IMG/VR virus record: IMGVR_UViG_3300021602_000003
Location: 64,001-128,000 of that record
Source of the DNA: a virus
Reading direction: 5' to 3' (one strand)
Length of the DNA stretch: 64,000 bases
The position numbers were made by a program, and so were the translations under genes. The stretch's first letter is position 1, and each line of letters opens with the position of its first letter. This document shows positions 1 through 9,610 of this stretch, piece after piece. Below the pieces are notes generated by a model that had not been told where the DNA came from, did no database searches, and was given only the letters and a program-made list of their open reading frames with translations.

Positions 1-225
1 AATTCGCGTGGACTATTATCAGAACTTAAAGTATTTGTTTCTAGAGGTAATACATATGAGGCCAGAATAGGTCAGACAGACGACTTAATTATGGCAATGA
101 TTCTTGCAATAAGAATGACAGATTATATTTCTACATGGGACGATAAATCTCAGGCAGCGATTAATAGCAATGTAGGCTCCAGTGAAGAATCAGATTCTTC
201 GGCACCAATGCCTATGTGTATTTGA
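1..225 (+). CDS. Terminase large subunit, C-terminal end (partial, runs off window start)
   Basis: Frame 1 reads ...ELKVFVSRGNTYEARIGQTDDLIMAM..., matching the T4 gp17-type nuclease C-terminal motif (E-x-x-G-x-x-D-D-L-x-M-A); TGA at 223-225. Confidence 0.8.
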   Translation, partial: NSRGLLSELKVFVSRGNTYEARIGQTDDLIMAMILAIRMTDYISTWDDKSQAAINSNVGSSEESDSSAPMPMCI

Positions 226-235
226 CCCTTACATA

Positions 236-243
236 GATAAATA
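236..243 (+). promoter_or_regulatory. T4-late-like promoter GATAAATA
   Basis: Motif recurs upstream of many structural genes; followed by AAGGAAG SD and ATG 263. Confidence 0.6.
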
Positions 244-262
244 AGAGAACAAGGAAGTTATC

Positions 263-1777
263 ATGGAAGAAATGAATGATTTAGCAGGCAAAATATTTTC
301 TCTGCTAAAAGGGAATGGTTTAAAGATAAAAATTTTCGATGTTGAAGGAGCGGATACAACTGATCCAGAAACTGGACGCCGATTCTTCGTACTTAATCCT
401 AATGTAATGATTACTATCAATGAGCCTTCTGATAAAAATAATGGTAACGTAGAATTTAGCAAAGGTGCTACAGTGGGCGATTCAACGAAGTCTATAGAAG
501 GACTAGTAAGAGATCTAGCAGATACCAATGTACCTCCTTTGAATTTTAGATTAACCGTATTTGGCAAGACAATTCAGCCAAGAGATTATGCATATCAGGC
601 AAAAATAAAAAAAGGCGAGGCAATGATGGAAAATAACTTAGTTCAACCATACAATCATCAATTAATGGGCAAGGTATCCCATAGAGTTAAATATTTTGGC
701 ACCGCTGCTGCACATACATTAGCTGACGACCTAGGAATAGACCTTAGTGAAATTCAGCCTATATTGAACAGATTAGTTCAGAATGGTAAAATAACAGCAC
801 AGCCTGATGACCATGGAGATATTATGTATTCGATGACAGTCGACGAAGCAATAGTAGAAAGTTTCAGTAAGATGTTCGGCTCGATGAAAACATCGCAGCA
901 GACTTTAGAGAATGTCAGAATTTTGGTAAGACATAAAACCCCTGTCGACGAAAATGTTCGCGGATCTCGTTCACGCCACATTAGCGCAATTTTCTTAGAA
1001 TGCAATGGTGAAAGAGTTCGTTTTCAATCTAATTATCTCCCCGGTGCCCGCGCTATGGCCCAACATATGTCACACGGTGGAACAATGCACGATAAAGTCG
1101 GGCAATATATTAGCGAAAGCACAACTAATTTATTAAAATTGCAGTCTTTTAACAGATATGTAACGACAAATAAGTTAATAAATGAGGATAGTTCCGGTAT
1201 TATTGAAACAGTTAAGGAAAACATCGAAACTATCCGTACTGAATTGAAGAAACTGACAGGTTCTAAGACATATGAAACAGTAAAAGCTCGTTTAGAAACA
1301 TTTGAAAGAGAACCTTTAGCAGAAGATGATACTACTCAGTTGAAAGATTTGTTCACCATTCGAAGATTCGACGAAAAGTTCGAAGAAGTTTTGCCTATCG
1401 TTAAACAACTGGTGCAAGAAAAGGACACTTTCCATAAAAGAATCGAGGAAGCAGCAGCAACAACAATTATTTTACGCAGAGAATCGCTGAGTACCACACC
1501 TATATTCGAGTTTGCAAGCGAAAATGCTCGTTTAGGATTTAAATTAAACGAGTTTGCATTGCGTATCATGGAAAACGACGAATTATCTTCTTTTGTTAAT
1601 AAAATTGGCACAAAATTATGTAAAGAAGGTACAGTAAACGACTTCGAGCGTGCTGTACTCAAACAAGTTTTAGAAAACGCTAAGGTAGAAGAAAAAGTTG
1701 CTAAAGATAAGCAAGAAATTAAAGAATCTTCCGATTTCGAACTGTATTATGAAAGATTCAACAATATATTCTTTTGA
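263..1777 (+). CDS. Hypothetical late (probably virion/head-associated) protein with an internal winged-helix-like segment
   Basis: 504 aa ORF after terminase, late promoter and SD; aa ~135-190 look like a wHTH. Confidence 0.6.
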   Translation: MEEMNDLAGKIFSLLKGNGLKIKIFDVEGADTTDPETGRRFFVLNPNVMITINEPSDKNNGNVEFSKGATVGDSTKSIEGLVRDLADTNVPPLNFRLTVFGKTIQPRDYAYQAKIKKGEAMMENNLVQPYNHQLMGKVSHRVKYFGTAAAHTLADDLGIDLSEIQPILNRLVQNGKITAQPDDHGDIMYSMTVDEAIVESFSKMFGSMKTSQQTLENVRILVRHKTPVDENVRGSRSRHISAIFLECNGERVRFQSNYLPGARAMAQHMSHGGTMHDKVGQYISESTTNLLKLQSFNRYVTTNKLINEDSSGIIETVKENIETIRTELKKLTGSKTYETVKARLETFEREPLAEDDTTQLKDLFTIRRFDEKFEEVLPIVKQLVQEKDTFHKRIEEAAATTIILRRESLSTTPIFEFASENARLGFKLNEFALRIMENDELSSFVNKIGTKLCKEGTVNDFERAVLKQVLENAKVEEKVAKDKQEIKESSDFELYYERFNNIFF

Positions 1778-1820
1778 TTTAGAAACAGATAAATAACATA
1801 CAAGAACTTCATAGGAGTTC

Positions 1821-1849
1821 TTGACAAACACACAAGAATTTCGTATACT
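1821..1849 (+). promoter_or_regulatory. Sigma70-type promoter for the ssb gene
   Basis: TTGACA (1821-1826), 17 nt spacer, TATACT (1844-1849); late motif GATAAATA also at 1788-1795. Confidence 0.7.
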
Positions 1850-1963
1850 AACTGCATACGAAGACATTCACAGAAGACGCGAAAAGGCATAACGCTGCCT
1901 TAGTAGGTTGCAGTTCAATTAATAAGCGTTCAATTTAACTTTAAAGCATAGGAAATAAAAATC

Positions 1964-2986
1964 ATGTCAAAGACACTCGAAGAAATCCGTAAGAAATTAC
2001 AAGCATTAGATAACCGCAAGGGCGGTACAGGAGATAAGGCAACTTATCCACACTGGAATATTCCAGAAGGCACTTCAACAACACTCCGCTTTTTACCAGA
2101 CGCAAACGAAGATAACACTTTCTTTTGGGTAGAACGTCAACTTATTAAACTCCCATTCGCAGGTATCAAAGGACAAGACGAGCGTAAGCCAGTTGTTGTT
2201 CAAGTACCTTGTATCGAAATGTGGGACGGTAAGATGACTTGCCCTATCTTAAACGAAGTTCGCCCATGGTGGAAGGATAAGTCGTTGGAAGATAGAGCAC
2301 GTAAATATTGGGCAAAGCGCACATATTACATGCAAGGTTTTGTTAAGCAAGATCCGATGAATGAAAGCGAACCGCCTGAAAATCCGATTCGTAAGTTTAT
2401 TATCGGTCCGCAACTTTTTGCAATCATTAAGGCTGCATTAATGGATCCCGATATGGCATATAGTCCAGTTGACTTTGTCAACGGTACAGACTTTATTGTA
2501 TCTAAGACAAGCAAGGGCGGATATGCAGATTATGGCACATCTAAATGGGCTAGAAAAGAATCTAGTTTGACGGAAGACATGCAAGACGCAATTGCACAAT
2601 TCAGTCCGGTTGATTTGTCAACATATTTGCCTAAGCGTCCAACGCCCGAACAATTGTCAATCATCTTTGAAATGTTCCAGGAATCGTTAGACGGTGAACT
2701 GTATGATCCAGCTCGTTGGGGTCAGCATTACAAGCCGTTTGGCTTTGATGCAGGCCCGGATGATGCAGATGGCGGTGAAGGTAAGTCAGTAACACGTACT
2801 ACTTTCACTCAACGCCCAACAGCACCGGTTGTGACACCAAAGGCAGCGCCCATCGTTGTGCCCGAAGACAACGAAGAAGACTTTGAAGCAGATCCTCCAA
2901 AGGCCGAAGTCAAAGAAACCGTTTCTGCTACAGCAGGCAAGTCTCCCCAAGAGATTCTAGCCATGCTCAGAAACAGAAATAAATGA
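1964..2986 (+). CDS. Single-stranded DNA-binding protein, T4 gp32-like
   Basis: LRFLPD..N..FFW motif, CPIL Zn site, DFIVSKTSKGGYADYGTSKW, acidic C-terminal tail. Confidence 0.9.
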   Translation: MSKTLEEIRKKLQALDNRKGGTGDKATYPHWNIPEGTSTTLRFLPDANEDNTFFWVERQLIKLPFAGIKGQDERKPVVVQVPCIEMWDGKMTCPILNEVRPWWKDKSLEDRARKYWAKRTYYMQGFVKQDPMNESEPPENPIRKFIIGPQLFAIIKAALMDPDMAYSPVDFVNGTDFIVSKTSKGGYADYGTSKWARKESSLTEDMQDAIAQFSPVDLSTYLPKRPTPEQLSIIFEMFQESLDGELYDPARWGQHYKPFGFDAGPDDADGGEGKSVTRTTFTQRPTAPVVTPKAAPIVVPEDNEEDFEADPPKAEVKETVSATAGKSPQEILAMLRNRNK

Positions 2987-2988
2987 GA

Positions 2989-3012
2989 TAAGTGGGGAGA
3001 AATCCCCACTTA
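2989..3012 (+). terminator. Stable hairpin after ssb (terminator or processing site)
   Basis: TAAGTGGGGA-GAAA-TCCCCACTTA perfect 10-bp stem; U-tract is weak. Confidence 0.45.
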
Positions 3013-3018
3013 CGATTT

Positions 3019-3519
3019 ATGAAGAAGATTACACCAAGGCAATTTGCATTGCAAAATAATCTGCCTACCTACGTCTCTGATAAACCATGTAAAAACGGAC
3101 ATTTTTCTGAGAGGAGTATAAAAGATTCTGCGTGCAAGGTGTGTGAAAAAGAACGAAGGGCATCTAGTTATTATGATACATACAAAACAGACGAAGCAGC
3201 GTTTCGAAAACAATTCACAGATCTTCGTGGACGAGCAAGGAAGAATAAAATTCCGTTTGAGATTAGGCTCGAGGATATAGAGCAGCCGGAGTTTTGTCCA
3301 GTGCTAGGAGTTAGACTTCAATACGGTATAAATCATAACACGGAAGAAACAAAATGGAAAAAGCATCCCGATAGAGCAAGTTTTGATAAGCTTGTTCCTA
3401 AATTGGGATATATTCCGGGGAATGTTTTTATAATCAGTCTTGAGGCAAACAGGTTAAAGAGTAACGCAACTGTTGAACAGATAGAATCGTTACTCAAATA
3501 TATGAAGAGGGAAAAATAA
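3019..3519 (+). CDS. HNH-type endonuclease (free-standing, homing-like)
   Basis: CKNGH..CKVC Zn finger, CPVLG...ASFDKLVPKLGYIPGNVFIISLEANRLKS nuclease core; start moved to ATG 3019. Confidence 0.75.
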   Translation: MKKITPRQFALQNNLPTYVSDKPCKNGHFSERSIKDSACKVCEKERRASSYYDTYKTDEAAFRKQFTDLRGRARKNKIPFEIRLEDIEQPEFCPVLGVRLQYGINHNTEETKWKKHPDRASFDKLVPKLGYIPGNVFIISLEANRLKSNATVEQIESLLKYMKREK

Positions 3520-3521
3520 AT

Positions 3522-4616
3522 ATGGCTAAGCCATTCGATATATCAAAGTTTCGTAAAAACTTAACAAAAAACATTACAGGTATTTCAACAGGATTCAATG
3601 ATCCGGACACATGGATCAGCACAGGATCTTATGGGTTAAACTATCTTATTAGTGGAGACTTCTATAAAGGAGTACCTATGGGTAAGGTGACAGTATTTGC
3701 AGGCGAATCCGGTGCCGGTAAATCTTATATTGTTTCCGGGAATATTGCGAAAGCAGCACAAGAACAAAACATTTTTGTGGTTATGATTGACACGGAAAAT
3801 GCTTTAGATGAAAAATGGCTAAAGAATTTAAGTGTAGAAACATCTGAAGATAAGATGCTTCGCATTAGCGCATCTATGATAGATGAAGTAGCAAAGATTG
3901 TACATGACTTTGTTACAGAGTATAAAACAAACTATCTAGATATTCCAAAAGACCAACGTCCTAAAATTCTATTCATTGTAGACTCTTTAGGTATGTTATT
4001 AACACCTACCGAAGTAAATCAATTCCAGGCAGGAGATATGAAGGGCGATATGGGTCGTAAAGCTAAACAGCTTAAGGCGTTCGTATCAAACTGCGTTAAT
4101 ATGTTTGGCGATTTGAATATAGGTATGGTTGTAACTAATCACACATATGCAAGTCAGGATATGTTTGATCCAGATGATAAAATTTCTGGAGGATCTGGAT
4201 TTATGTTTGCTTCTAGCATTATTGTTGCTATGAAGAAATATAAGTTAAAGGAAGATGAGGACGGTAACAAGGTTACAGATGTAAAAGGTATTCGTGCAAC
4301 TTGTAAAGTTGTTAAAACACGATATTCTAAGCCGTTCGAGTCTATCAAATTAGATATACCGTGGGAATCAGGTATGAATCCAATTTCCGGATTGTTTGAC
4401 TTATTTGAAAAGTCTGGTGTGTTAATAAAAGAGGGTAATAGATATAAATATGTTTCCAAGAAAACTAAAGAAGAGATGAAATACTTCAGAAAAGACTGGA
4501 ATGATATTAATAAAATGAAAGTAATCATGGATGAATTCACACAGGATGATCTGCGTGTTGTTATTCCTGATAGCGAAGAAGAGAAAATTGCAATTGTTGT
4601 ACAAACAGGAGAATAA
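3522..4616 (+). CDS. uvsX: RecA-like recombinase UvsX
   Basis: Walker A GESGAGKS, IDTENALD, IVDSLGML, NHTY and ISGGSG motifs. Confidence 0.92.
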   Translation: MAKPFDISKFRKNLTKNITGISTGFNDPDTWISTGSYGLNYLISGDFYKGVPMGKVTVFAGESGAGKSYIVSGNIAKAAQEQNIFVVMIDTENALDEKWLKNLSVETSEDKMLRISASMIDEVAKIVHDFVTEYKTNYLDIPKDQRPKILFIVDSLGMLLTPTEVNQFQAGDMKGDMGRKAKQLKAFVSNCVNMFGDLNIGMVVTNHTYASQDMFDPDDKISGGSGFMFASSIIVAMKKYKLKEDEDGNKVTDVKGIRATCKVVKTRYSKPFESIKLDIPWESGMNPISGLFDLFEKSGVLIKEGNRYKYVSKKTKEEMKYFRKDWNDINKMKVIMDEFTQDDLRVVIPDSEEEKIAIVVQTGE

Positions 4617-4618
4617 TT

Positions 4619-4858
4619 ATGGTTAATGAAAATCATGAATTGATTATGGAATTATGGGCCCGTATCAAATCCCATATTCAGCCTAAAGAAAGATTGGAAG
4701 TAGCAGACATTCTGATGGTAGTATTTGACGAATTCAGTTTAGTTGATGAAGAACTATTAGACGAAGACCTTGATAAAGAACTCAGGGCCGCTGCAAGAAG
4801 TCACTTATCGGAATATACAGAAGACGAAGATGACGAAGATGACTACTCCAGCGATTGA
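4619..4858 (+). CDS. Hypothetical acidic protein
   Basis: 79 aa ORF with AGGAG SD, tightly coupled to uvsX. Confidence 0.7.
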   Translation: MVNENHELIMELWARIKSHIQPKERLEVADILMVVFDEFSLVDEELLDEDLDKELRAAARSHLSEYTEDEDDEDDYSSD

Positions 4859-5147
4859 GTTCGGCGAGGCCATGCTCTCGACCATTAATAGTAAGGATGT
4901 TCTGAAATCCGTAACGCAGATCCAACAGTTTAGAGAAAGTATGAAAGATCCTGCTGTAGGTGCGGATTACGTTGTGTGGATTTCAGAACCAGTGAATTTG
5001 ACTAGGGTACATAAGGCCCTAGCAGAAGACTTGAATGTCCCTCCCAGAGCTATGATGATAAAAAGAGTATTGATGTCAAGAACGCAAAAAGCTGTATTAT
5101 TAGTGCAGGCAATGGAAATAGCTGTGAAAAGGGTACATGGATTATGA
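4839..5147 (+). CDS. Hypothetical protein
   Basis: ORF fills operon gap; start uncertain (ATG 4830 or 4839). Confidence 0.6.
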   Translation: MTTPAIEFGEAMLSTINSKDVLKSVTQIQQFRESMKDPAVGADYVVWISEPVNLTRVHKALAEDLNVPPRAMMIKRVLMSRTQKAVLLVQAMEIAVKRVHGL

Positions 5148-5323
5148 GCAAAGAAATACTTTTAGAAATTGAAGCACGCAGAGACGAGATAAATGCATCT
5201 ATTAAAGAAATTTTTAAATTAGGTCCGTCAGCCGATAATCAACTCCTTATTTCTGGTTTAATGAAACAAGTAGTTATATTAAATGCAGAATGGGCATCTA
5301 CATTCAAGCAAATGACACAATGA
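5144..5323 (+). CDS. Small hypothetical protein (59 aa, below ORF-track cutoff)
   Basis: MSKEILLEIEARRDEINAS...; ATGA overlaps with both neighbours. Confidence 0.6.
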   Translation: MSKEILLEIEARRDEINASIKEIFKLGPSADNQLLISGLMKQVVILNAEWASTFKQMTQ

Positions 5324-5781
5324 GCCTCTGGTACCACAAAGTAACAAAAGATCTTAGCGTAATACCCGACTTTATTGATCACTTCGAAAAAGAATTAGAA
5401 GATGCACGTACAGAATTATCTTTAAAGGGTAAATCGTTGGAAAAACATGCAGCCGAGTTACCCGGGCTTGTTGAACAACGGTTTACCCAATTACAAGAGA
5501 TAGAAGCAGTACTGGAGTATCTCAACATTCAATTGCGTAAAGATAGGTCGGCAGAATTTAAGAAGTTTCTAGAAGCATATCAGAAAAGTCTTAGTTCTCG
5601 AGATGCAGAAAAATATGTAGATGGTGTGGCAAGTATAGTGGATACCACATTACTAATAAACGAAGTAGCATTATTAAGAAACAAGTATTTGTCTATTAGT
5701 AAAGGTTTTGAAGCTAAAAACTTCATGACAGGGCATATTATTAAATTACGGGTTGCAGGACTCGACGATGCGAGTATTTAA
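5320..5781 (+). CDS. uvsY: Recombination mediator UvsY-like
   Basis: Helical protein with LSSRDAEKYVDG motif directly upstream of UvsW; start at ATGA overlap 5320. Confidence 0.7.
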   Translation: MSLWYHKVTKDLSVIPDFIDHFEKELEDARTELSLKGKSLEKHAAELPGLVEQRFTQLQEIEAVLEYLNIQLRKDRSAEFKKFLEAYQKSLSSRDAEKYVDGVASIVDTTLLINEVALLRNKYLSISKGFEAKNFMTGHIIKLRVAGLDDASI

Positions 5782-7241
5782 TGGCAACAACAACATTACA
5801 AATATTAGATGAAGTAAACATAAAGTTTACGGACTTATCTCCCGAATGTCGCCGTAAGATGACATCGTCTCTCGAATTTTATGTACCGGGCGCCCAATAT
5901 ACTCCCGCAGTCAGATTGGGCAGATGGAATGGTAAGATGAGTTACTGTGATATAGGCGCACGATCATATCTGAATTTATTAGATAAACTGCTACCTATCG
6001 TTCAGCACTTTGGATATGATGTAGAAATCGACGATCAACGTCAGGTAAATGAGAATTTTGAATTTGAATTAGTTAAAGAAGATAGTTATAGTCATTTATG
6101 CTGGCCGCACGGGCATACATATGCAGGCGACCCTATCTTAATTAAGGAACATCAGTTAGAAGTAATCAATTCCTATCTAACTAACATAACCGGGATTAAT
6201 ATCGCCCCAACAGGCTCGGGAAAAACCCTAATAACGGCGATTCTTAGCCACAAAGTGCAGCCATATGGTCGCAGCATAGTAATTGTGCCAACTAAGGATT
6301 TAGTAACACAAACTGAAGAAGATTATATTAATATGGGATTAGATGTGGGTGTATTCTTCGGTGATAGGAAAGAGTATTTAAAGACCCACACAATATGCAC
6401 ATGGCAAAGCTTAGAAAGCCTGGCAAAGAAATCAAAAGAACACAATTTAGAGATAGATATAAACGCTTTCTTCAAAGGAGTAGTCTGCGTTATCGTAGAC
6501 GAAGTACACAAAGCAAAAGCCGATGTATTGAGACGTTTATTATCGACCTATTTAAATAATGCACCTATTAGGTGGGGATTAACTGGCACAATGCCCGAAG
6601 AAGAGGGCGATAAAGTTGGTGTGGTTGCATGTATTGGGCCACTACTAGGCAAGATCAACACCAAAGATCTGCAGGATAAAGGAATACTGGCTCAGTTACA
6701 CGTAAATGTGTTACAAATGCAAGATGTCGGAGCCGCTGCATCAGGTAACTACCAAACAGAACTTAAATGGCTGACAACAAATGAGCCAAGATTAAAATTT
6801 GTGGCTGGTAAAGTACAAGAGATATCAGAAACCGGCAATACTCTTATATTGGTTGATCGCATAGAGACGGGAGAGATGTTACAATCACTTATACCGGATT
6901 CAATATTTGTTTCTGGCAGAATGAAGTCGAAAGATCGAAAAGCAGAGTATAAAGAAGTTCAAGAAGTTGACGGAAAAGTTATTATAGCAACATATGGCGT
7001 AGCATCGACCGGTATTAATATTGTTAGAATATATAATTTAATACTATTTGAAGCAGGAAAGAGTTTTGTTCGTGTTATTCAGAGTATTGGACGCGGCATC
7101 CGTGTAGCACCCGACAAAGATTTTGTTAATGTGTATGATATATGTTCTAATTGTAAGTTTTCTAAGAGACATTTGACAAAAAGAAAGAAGTTTTACACAG
7201 AACAGGAGTATCCGTTCTCTGTTGCAAAGATAATATATTAA
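5781..7241 (+). CDS. uvsW: SF2 DNA helicase UvsW
   Basis: APTGSGKT, DEVH, GLTGT, STGINI, QSIGRG motifs. Confidence 0.9.
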   Translation: MATTTLQILDEVNIKFTDLSPECRRKMTSSLEFYVPGAQYTPAVRLGRWNGKMSYCDIGARSYLNLLDKLLPIVQHFGYDVEIDDQRQVNENFEFELVKEDSYSHLCWPHGHTYAGDPILIKEHQLEVINSYLTNITGINIAPTGSGKTLITAILSHKVQPYGRSIVIVPTKDLVTQTEEDYINMGLDVGVFFGDRKEYLKTHTICTWQSLESLAKKSKEHNLEIDINAFFKGVVCVIVDEVHKAKADVLRRLLSTYLNNAPIRWGLTGTMPEEEGDKVGVVACIGPLLGKINTKDLQDKGILAQLHVNVLQMQDVGAAASGNYQTELKWLTTNEPRLKFVAGKVQEISETGNTLILVDRIETGEMLQSLIPDSIFVSGRMKSKDRKAEYKEVQEVDGKVIIATYGVASTGINIVRIYNLILFEAGKSFVRVIQSIGRGIRVAPDKDFVNVYDICSNCKFSKRHLTKRKKFYTEQEYPFSVAKIIY

Positions 7242-7251
7242 AAGGTGTCTA

Positions 7252-7614
7252 ATGAAAACATTATTAGTGGATATATCCGAAGGATATATGTCTTTAATTA
7301 AGACATTCTGTGAAGCCAATGAATTAGATATAGAATTAGGATCTGTAAAGACAGATAAATTTTCAAATCCCTCTATACCTAAGATAACACTATCATATGA
7401 CGAGACTACAGACACAGCATCTGCCTTAGCATTTTTGGCAATACGACATAGTGGTATCGATAATATGTTATCTGACTACTTAATGAGATGCGGGATAAAT
7501 CCCGATGCTATTACTATCGGTAAGACGCCGACAAGGTCTGCCACCGATGCAGATTACGAAGAATATAAAAAGTTGAAGAGAGCTGAAAAAGGCTGGACAG
7601 GAATATTGAATTAA
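7252..7614 (+). CDS. Hypothetical protein
   Basis: 120 aa ORF with AAGGT SD. Confidence 0.65.
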   Translation: MKTLLVDISEGYMSLIKTFCEANELDIELGSVKTDKFSNPSIPKITLSYDETTDTASALAFLAIRHSGIDNMLSDYLMRCGINPDAITIGKTPTRSATDADYEEYKKLKRAEKGWTGILN

Positions 7615-8459
7615 TTGTGCATTAATTTGCAATTATTTCCGTGCCATCTTTTATAATTCGATGGAGAACATTCTTTCCCGCATTTGCATTTTAATTTAGT
7701 TCTATTTTTTGCAGACATGGACATTTTTATTCTGGTTTCGTCTTCATTCTTATAATAGCCATTTTCTTTTCTAGAAGATATTCTTTTAGAAATATGTTCT
7801 TGTGACTGGGTTGTGCCGATAAATTGCGCCGATATTTGTAATTTTCTCCCTTCAGTCATCGATGGTTTCTTTATGCCCATATTACTTTCTGAAATTTTTA
7901 ATTTTGTTTCTTCGGAGTGCGTTTTATTTTGCATACCGCCGATTCGACCAATTTGTCCTTTAGAGATCTTTTCTTTTGTTTCGGCAGATAGGATTCTACC
8001 GACCGGATTTATTCTTGCTTTATGTTCTTCGGATAATTTTTTACCTGTGTGAGCGAAGGATAGTTTATCTTTTGTTTCTTGTGATAATATTTTTCCTTTA
8101 TGCAGTATCGACATCTCCGTAGAAAAGTTTTCTTTAGCAAGTTCATAGAACCGAGAATTTACAACAAAATCATAGGCATCCGGGTTGTTTGTATGTTTCA
8201 TTTTATTAGATAGAGCCCAGAATGCAAAATGCATATTTCTCTTATATTTTCCATATGTCATTTTTGTAAGTAGTAAATGGCAAACAAAATGCTCTCGGGC
8301 AGTTAATTTAGCTAAATTATTTTTATCGTTATTTCCGCCCATTGATTTAGGAACAATATGATGAATTTCTATATAATCTTCGCCCGTCGAAGCTCTTGAC
8401 TTAGCATTAGCAATTATCTTATAATAGCATTTAGTATATTTGTTATCAATAAATACCAT
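7611..8459 (-). CDS. HNH homing endonuclease with NUMOD3 repeats
   Basis: EIHHIVPKSMGGNNDKNNLAKLTAREHFVCH; repeated (H/L)SxETKxKIS; own GATAAATA on minus strand near 8482-8489. Confidence 0.88.
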   Translation of the reverse strand: MVFIDNKYTKCYYKIIANAKSRASTGEDYIEIHHIVPKSMGGNNDKNNLAKLTAREHFVCHLLLTKMTYGKYKRNMHFAFWALSNKMKHTNNPDAYDFVVNSRFYELAKENFSTEMSILHKGKILSQETKDKLSFAHTGKKLSEEHKARINPVGRILSAETKEKISKGQIGRIGGMQNKTHSEETKLKISESNMGIKKPSMTEGRKLQISAQFIGTTQSQEHISKRISSRKENGYYKNEDETRIKMSMSAKNRTKLKCKCGKECSPSNYKRWHGNNCKLMHN

Positions 8460-8517
8460 ATAGATCCTTAGACATTATGTTTATTTATCTAATTCGTAAG
8501 TAAACTGGAGAAATAAT

Positions 8518-9021
8518 CTGAACATCCTAACCAACGACAATGTAGCATACAATTTAGACAGAATCCCACCAGAGGATCAAGATATCAGATACTGTGTATT
8601 AGACTATTCGGATCCTAAAAATCCTGATTACTTTTTTATACCACTTATCTTTTTAGAAAGTTTCTATGCACCTGCTGTAGTTCTTAATATAGGAAAATTT
8701 ACAGTACAAATGCCTTTGGATTGGTCTATACTTGTTTGTGACTCAGACTATAGTGACTTAGAGATTATGCCATTAACGAGTTTAAATGATAGAGGTTTTC
8801 ATACCATGGCATTTAATCCTTTGCGTCATATGGTGCCCAGACCGCAGGAAGTCGTCATTACAAATGTGTATGCAGAATTAAAATGGTTCTTTCCTAAATT
8901 AAAAAACGGAAATATCCTTGTTGTACCCGTAGAAGATAAACCATTTCCAAACTGTGTACTATTTGTTAAAGAAGTAAGTAAATTACCGGATGTTATAGAT
9001 ATTGGAGCACTCTTTGAGTAA
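8518..9021 (+). CDS. Conserved-type hypothetical phage protein, probably CTG start (167 aa)
   Basis: Frame open 64 codons upstream of the tracked ATG 8710 (NILTNDN...PDYFFIPLIFLESF); GGAG at 8507-8510 precedes CTG 8518. Confidence 0.7.
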   Translation: MNILTNDNVAYNLDRIPPEDQDIRYCVLDYSDPKNPDYFFIPLIFLESFYAPAVVLNIGKFTVQMPLDWSILVCDSDYSDLEIMPLTSLNDRGFHTMAFNPLRHMVPRPQEVVITNVYAELKWFFPKLKNGNILVVPVEDKPFPNCVLFVKEVSKLPDVIDIGALFE

Positions 9022-9610
9022 CGAAATAGGAGATTGGTTATCGGGATTTCATGAATTAAATCCCGATGCTGCACCAATCGAGGAAGAAGTTACAATAAAA
9101 GAATACAAGAACGATTTATTCGCGGATGTATTGCCTGCGCTCGACAGAAATAATAAGAACTATTATTCGACCTTAACAGATGTCCAAAAGAAAGAAATAT
9201 CTATTTGGCAATTGACGAGATGGATGAGTTCTGTATCGAGTTGCTATGCAGACCAAATATATACGGTAAATGAGACTGTGAATAAACGTTCCAGTCTGTT
9301 TAGTTCTAAGAAAACAGAGAATTCTTTAGAGACAGGCAAACATAAAGAACTGGAATGGATGCTTCTTGCTATTACAGGTACAGGTAGAAAAGAACGACAT
9401 GAATGGCCTGGCGCACCAAAGGGTGTAAAGAAAAGTCCGTTAATAGCAGCTCTTATTTCTCATTTCCCTTTAATGAAAGATGACGATATAGAACTCTTGT
9501 TACACTTGAATACTCAAGTCGACCTTAAGATGTTTTTTAAGGATCACGGGTACGACGATAAGACTATAAAAGAAATGTTTAAAGGTGAGACTAAGAGTAA
9601 AGCGAAATGA
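9014..9610 (+). CDS. Clamp-loader small subunit-like protein (T4 gp62-like)
   Basis: DLFADVLPALD...YY..LT...KKEIS.W.L.RWMS pattern; TTG start behind GGAG; replication context. Confidence 0.55.
   Translation: MSNEIGDWLSGFHELNPDAAPIEEEVTIKEYKNDLFADVLPALDRNNKNYYSTLTDVQKKEISIWQLTRWMSSVSSCYADQIYTVNETVNKRSSLFSSKKTENSLETGKHKELEWMLLAITGTGRKERHEWPGAPKGVKKSPLIAALISHFPLMKDDDIELLLHLNTQVDLKMFFKDHGYDDKTIKEMFKGETKSKAK

Noticed and set aside
1778-1963. tRNA in the longest intergenic gap
   Set aside because: GTTCAA-like words are present but no cloverleaf or acceptor stem can be built
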